Shown: in pieces, positions 61,021 to 64,000 of the stretch
Layout: each line of letters starts with the position of its first letter
Numbering within the stretch: position 1 is the first letter of the stretch
NCBI GenBank assembly: GCA_051531975.1
Contig: JAOPTT010000008.1
Coordinates: 1 to 64,000, forward strand
DNA length: 64,000 nucleotides
DNA from: Spirochaetaceae bacterium
Lineage (GTDB): Bacteria; Spirochaetota; Spirochaetia; DSM-2461
Direction of reading: 5' to 3'
Position numbers and translations under genes: made by a program
The notes under the pieces: generated by a model
Databases searched by the model: none
What the model was told of the DNA's origin: nothing
The model's input: only the letters and a program-made list of their open reading frames with translations

Positions 61021-61181
61021 CTGTTCTTTTTCCTTGTTTGTCGACAGGCTAGAACAGTCCGGGTTAATGTAAAAATTTTCTAAAATTATAGAAAACTTTT
61101 TCCAATCTCCGGATTTCCACCTATTGACTCATGTGTTAGTTTTTTCATGATGTTTCCTTTTTGATTGTTATTGTTGCACAT
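61021..61181 (-). promoter_or_regulatory. Putative attenuator leader of the RPP gene (uORF plus hairpins)
   Basis: uORF 61181-61086 (31 aa) with RBS; CTGTTCT..AGAACAG stem encloses the AAGGA RBS. Confidence 0.6.
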
Positions 61182-61411
61182 AGATGTTCCCCTCAGAATC
61201 GAATATTTTGTTTTATCATCTAGGATGATTAATTTAGAATAAACCTTAAATTGTTTTGTAGCAATATTATTTTGGATTGAAAAAAAGTTATTTTAGAGAG
61301 TATAAAAGTATTTTACTGTTTATACAGTGTGAAGTAGTATTAGAAATAGATGTAATAAAACATTGTAAAATGTAAAGAAATATAAAATACCAATTATAAA
61401 AGGAGTTTACT

Positions 61412-61818
61412 ATGAAAGTAACCATATTTGGGTCAACTGGTAGTCTTGGACAGGAATGTCTTAGGCAATGCGACAACAACATATCCCAAGATTCATATGG
61501 TGTGGAGGTGGCAGTAATATTCTTAAGGATGATGTTATCACTTCAGGTGCAAAATTTGTACGGAAATATTCTGAGATATTCTTAAAACATACAGACAAGG
61601 AACACCAATTGGCAGTGATAGAGGCAAATAAAGATCTTTGCTTGATTGGTATTCGGCCATTGCAAATGGTAAAAGGCAAAAAGACAGGTTTTTACCGACT
61701 TGGCTATAATAGGTTTAGTGGTATGTCAAAAATATCTTTTGCTGATTGTGCTCATGCCATGGTTAATATGTTGATTGATGAAAGCTGGGTTGGGAAAGCT
61801 CCTATAATTCAGTACTAA
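61412..61818 (+). pseudogene. NAD(P)H-binding (flavin reductase-like) pseudogene with internal deletion
   Basis: AAGGAG RBS, MKVTIFGSTGSLG then frame change to MRQQHIPRFIWCGGG..ISFADCA. Confidence 0.7.
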
Positions 61819-61870
61819 AAAGCATGTATATATAAATATGGAAGAAATTTTATATAAAGGAATTTTAATC

Positions 61871-62320
61871 ATGAAAATACAAATGATATTATTACTACTA
61901 ATATTAATAACTGGATGTGCCAGTATAAGCCCTAAATTAGGAATTGAAAATGGTCTGTTTGCAGAATGTCCTGATTCTCCTAATTGTGTTAGTAGTATGG
62001 CAAAGGATGAAAAGTTTTACATTAAACCAATAATTGCACTAGGGACTTCTATTGAAATAAATAGACAAATAATTAATATATTAAATCAGATTAAAAGTGC
62101 TGATATAATAATTAACGAAGATTATTATATCAGAGCGGAGTATAATTCTAAAATATTTGGTTTTGTTGATGACGTAGAGTTTTATTTCCCAAAGACTAAA
62201 ACAGAGGAAATAATAATACATATCCGATCTGCTTCTAGACTCGGGTATTCAGATATGGGAGTTAATAGAAAAAGAGTTGAAGATTTTCGAATAAAATTTA
62301 AAATTCTTAATTCTAAATAA
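61871..62320 (+). CDS. DUF1499 family lipoprotein
   Basis: ITGC; CPDSPNCVSS, FGFVDDVEF, RSASRLGYSDMGVNRKR. Confidence 0.88.
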   Translation: MKIQMILLLLILITGCASISPKLGIENGLFAECPDSPNCVSSMAKDEKFYIKPIIALGTSIEINRQIINILNQIKSADIIINEDYYIRAEYNSKIFGFVDDVEFYFPKTKTEEIIIHIRSASRLGYSDMGVNRKRVEDFRIKFKILNSK

Positions 62321-62390
62321 TAATAAAATAACATATCATTTAATATTATGAAATTTTCAATTTTCTATTATTATTAATTTTAGGAGAACT

Positions 62391-64000
62391 ATGAAACGTT
62401 TTAAGCTGATACTTTTTTTTACATTATTTATATTGTTACTAATATCAACAGGATATTTTGCATTAGAAAAAATTAAAAATGAAACTAAAATAAATATTAG
62501 AAGTTCTTTAATAACTGTTTTAGCAACTACTCACGAATCTATCTATATTTGGTTAGATTATAGAACTAAAGATATCGAAGAAATTGTATCTAATAAAAAA
62601 ATTAAAGCTATAACTTCTGAATTATTAAAGCTAGAGGATTATAGTAAATTACACTCTAACCCATCGATTATAGAACTTAGAGAACATATGAGACCTATAT
62701 TAGAAAAAAATAGTGATTTAGGTATTTTCATTATATCTCCAGATAACATAAGTATAGCCTCTATGCGGGATTCTAATCTGGGGTTAAAAAATATAATATC
62801 TACAGATAGACCAAATATACTAAAAGATGTATTTAAGGGAGAGACAAAACTTGTCCCAACAATTCAGTCTGATGTTGTATTAAACTCTGAAATAAACACT
62901 GATTTTAAAAAATCTACTCCAACAATATTTATTGCAACTCCAATAATAATAGACAATAAGATTGTAGCAGCTTTTACTCTCAGACTTGATCCTGCAAAAG
63001 CATTTACTAAAATTATTAGTTTAGGAAATATTGGTAGGTCAGGAGAAACTTACGCCTTTGATAATAATGCAACACTAATAACAGATATAAGATTTCCATC
63101 AGCACTTAGAAGCAAAGGTTTATTAAAACCAAATGAAAAAGCAATTCTTAATATGAGAATACTTGATCCTGGAGTAAATCTAATTAGAGATTCAGAAAGC
63201 TATCCTACACTTGATGACAAGAATCTTACTGTAATGGCCAAATCTGCAACTTCAGGTAAATCCGAAGTAAATATTGAAGGATATAATGATTATAGAGGTG
63301 TCCCAGTTTATGGTGCTTGGTTATGGGATGAAAACTTAGGTATTGGTATAACTACAGAGATAGATATAGATGAAGCTATGAAACCCTATCAGGTAACTAA
63401 GAAGGTATTAATTTCAGTGTTAATATCTATAGGAATAATTACAATTATATTTTTCATTTATCTTATTTATATGCAAAGATATAATGAAAGATCATTAAGA
63501 ATATTAAATAATAAGCTAGAAGAAAAGGTAAAAGTTAGAACTTTAGATTTAGAAGAAGCAAAATCTGAATTGTTGAATTTAAATAGAGAACTTCAAAATA
63601 TTGCTACTACTGATGCACTAACAGGTTTAGCTAATAGGCGTAATTTTGATAGTTTTTCTCATAATGAGTGGAACAGATGTTTAAGAAATAAAACTTATAT
63701 GACTTTAGCTATTTTAGATATAGATTTTTTTAAAAAATTGAATGATACATATGGGCATCAGTTTGGAGATGAATGTCTTAAAAGACTTGGGTTTTTATTA
63801 AAGAATAATAGATTTGTTTCTAGACCAGGGGATTTAATTGCTAGATATGGAGGGGAAGAATTTGTATTTGTATTTTCTGGGACTACAAAAGAAGATGCTT
63901 ATATAATTCTAAAAAAAGTGATAGATTCCATAAAAATAGAGGCTATACCCCACAAGACATCAGAAGTGTTAAATAGTGATATTATGACAGTTAGTATAGG
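62391..64000 (+). CDS. Membrane diguanylate cyclase with extracellular Cache-like domain (3' end outside window)
   Basis: Missing from the ORF track; AGGAG RBS; two TMs, YNDYRGVPVYGAW, TDALTGLANRR, DIDFFKKLNDTYGH, ARYGGEEF. Confidence 0.88.
   Translation, partial: MKRFKLILFFTLFILLLISTGYFALEKIKNETKINIRSSLITVLATTHESIYIWLDYRTKDIEEIVSNKKIKAITSELLKLEDYSKLHSNPSIIELREHMRPILEKNSDLGIFIISPDNISIASMRDSNLGLKNIISTDRPNILKDVFKGETKLVPTIQSDVVLNSEINTDFKKSTPTIFIATPIIIDNKIVAAFTLRLDPAKAFTKIISLGNIGRSGETYAFDNNATLITDIRFPSALRSKGLLKPNEKAILNMRILDPGVNLIRDSESYPTLDDKNLTVMAKSATSGKSEVNIEGYNDYRGVPVYGAWLWDENLGIGITTEIDIDEAMKPYQVTKKVLISVLISIGIITIIFFIYLIYMQRYNERSLRILNNKLEEKVKVRTLDLEEAKSELLNLNRELQNIATTDALTGLANRRNFDSFSHNEWNRCLRNKTYMTLAILDIDFFKKLNDTYGHQFGDECLKRLGFLLKNNRFVSRPGDLIARYGGEEFVFVFSGTTKEDAYIILKKVIDSIKIEAIPHKTSEVLNSDIMTVSI

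Noticed and set aside
62326..62345. AAATAAC-ATATCATTTAA after the DUF1499 gene as an attC left half
   Set aside because: Too short and AT-rich to distinguish from chance

Overview
AT-rich bacterial chromosome segment, most likely from a free-living spirochaete (inferred from the PilZ protein type, the LacI-sensor/GGDEF fusion and the giant Ig-like proteins). The left half (1-31.7 kb) holds leuCD, an MCP-CZB-hemerythrin chemoreceptor, a PilZ protein, nrdDG with tandem NrdR boxes, a diguanylate cyclase, nfo and an aldo/keto reductase. It also holds a 19-kb minus-strand unit: a 3652-aa Ig-like lipoprotein, an orphan solute-binding protein, a 1987-aa Ig-like protein with a C-terminal beta-barrel-like anchor, and a LacI regulator. 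Both giant genes are preceded by a near-identical sigma28-like promoter. From 31.7 kb there is a chromosomal integron: a long IntI, attI at about 33088, five intact 110-118 bp attC sites with a branched terminal structure, then three progressively eroded attC remnants. Cassettes carry a DUF4062 protein, LysE preceded by a 72-bp tandem repeat, two PEGA lipoproteins, an RHH-PIN toxin-antitoxin pair and a GNAT. The array ends at an IS3-family element with a nonsense mutation. The right end is accessory: GH8 lipoprotein, APC permease, NUDIX, PQQ sugar dehydrogenase, a divergent TetB(P)/TetM-type ribosomal protection gene with a leader peptide and RBS-sequestering hairpin, internally deleted pseudogenes and a truncated Cache-GGDEF gene. 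All calls are by eye; no database searches were run.
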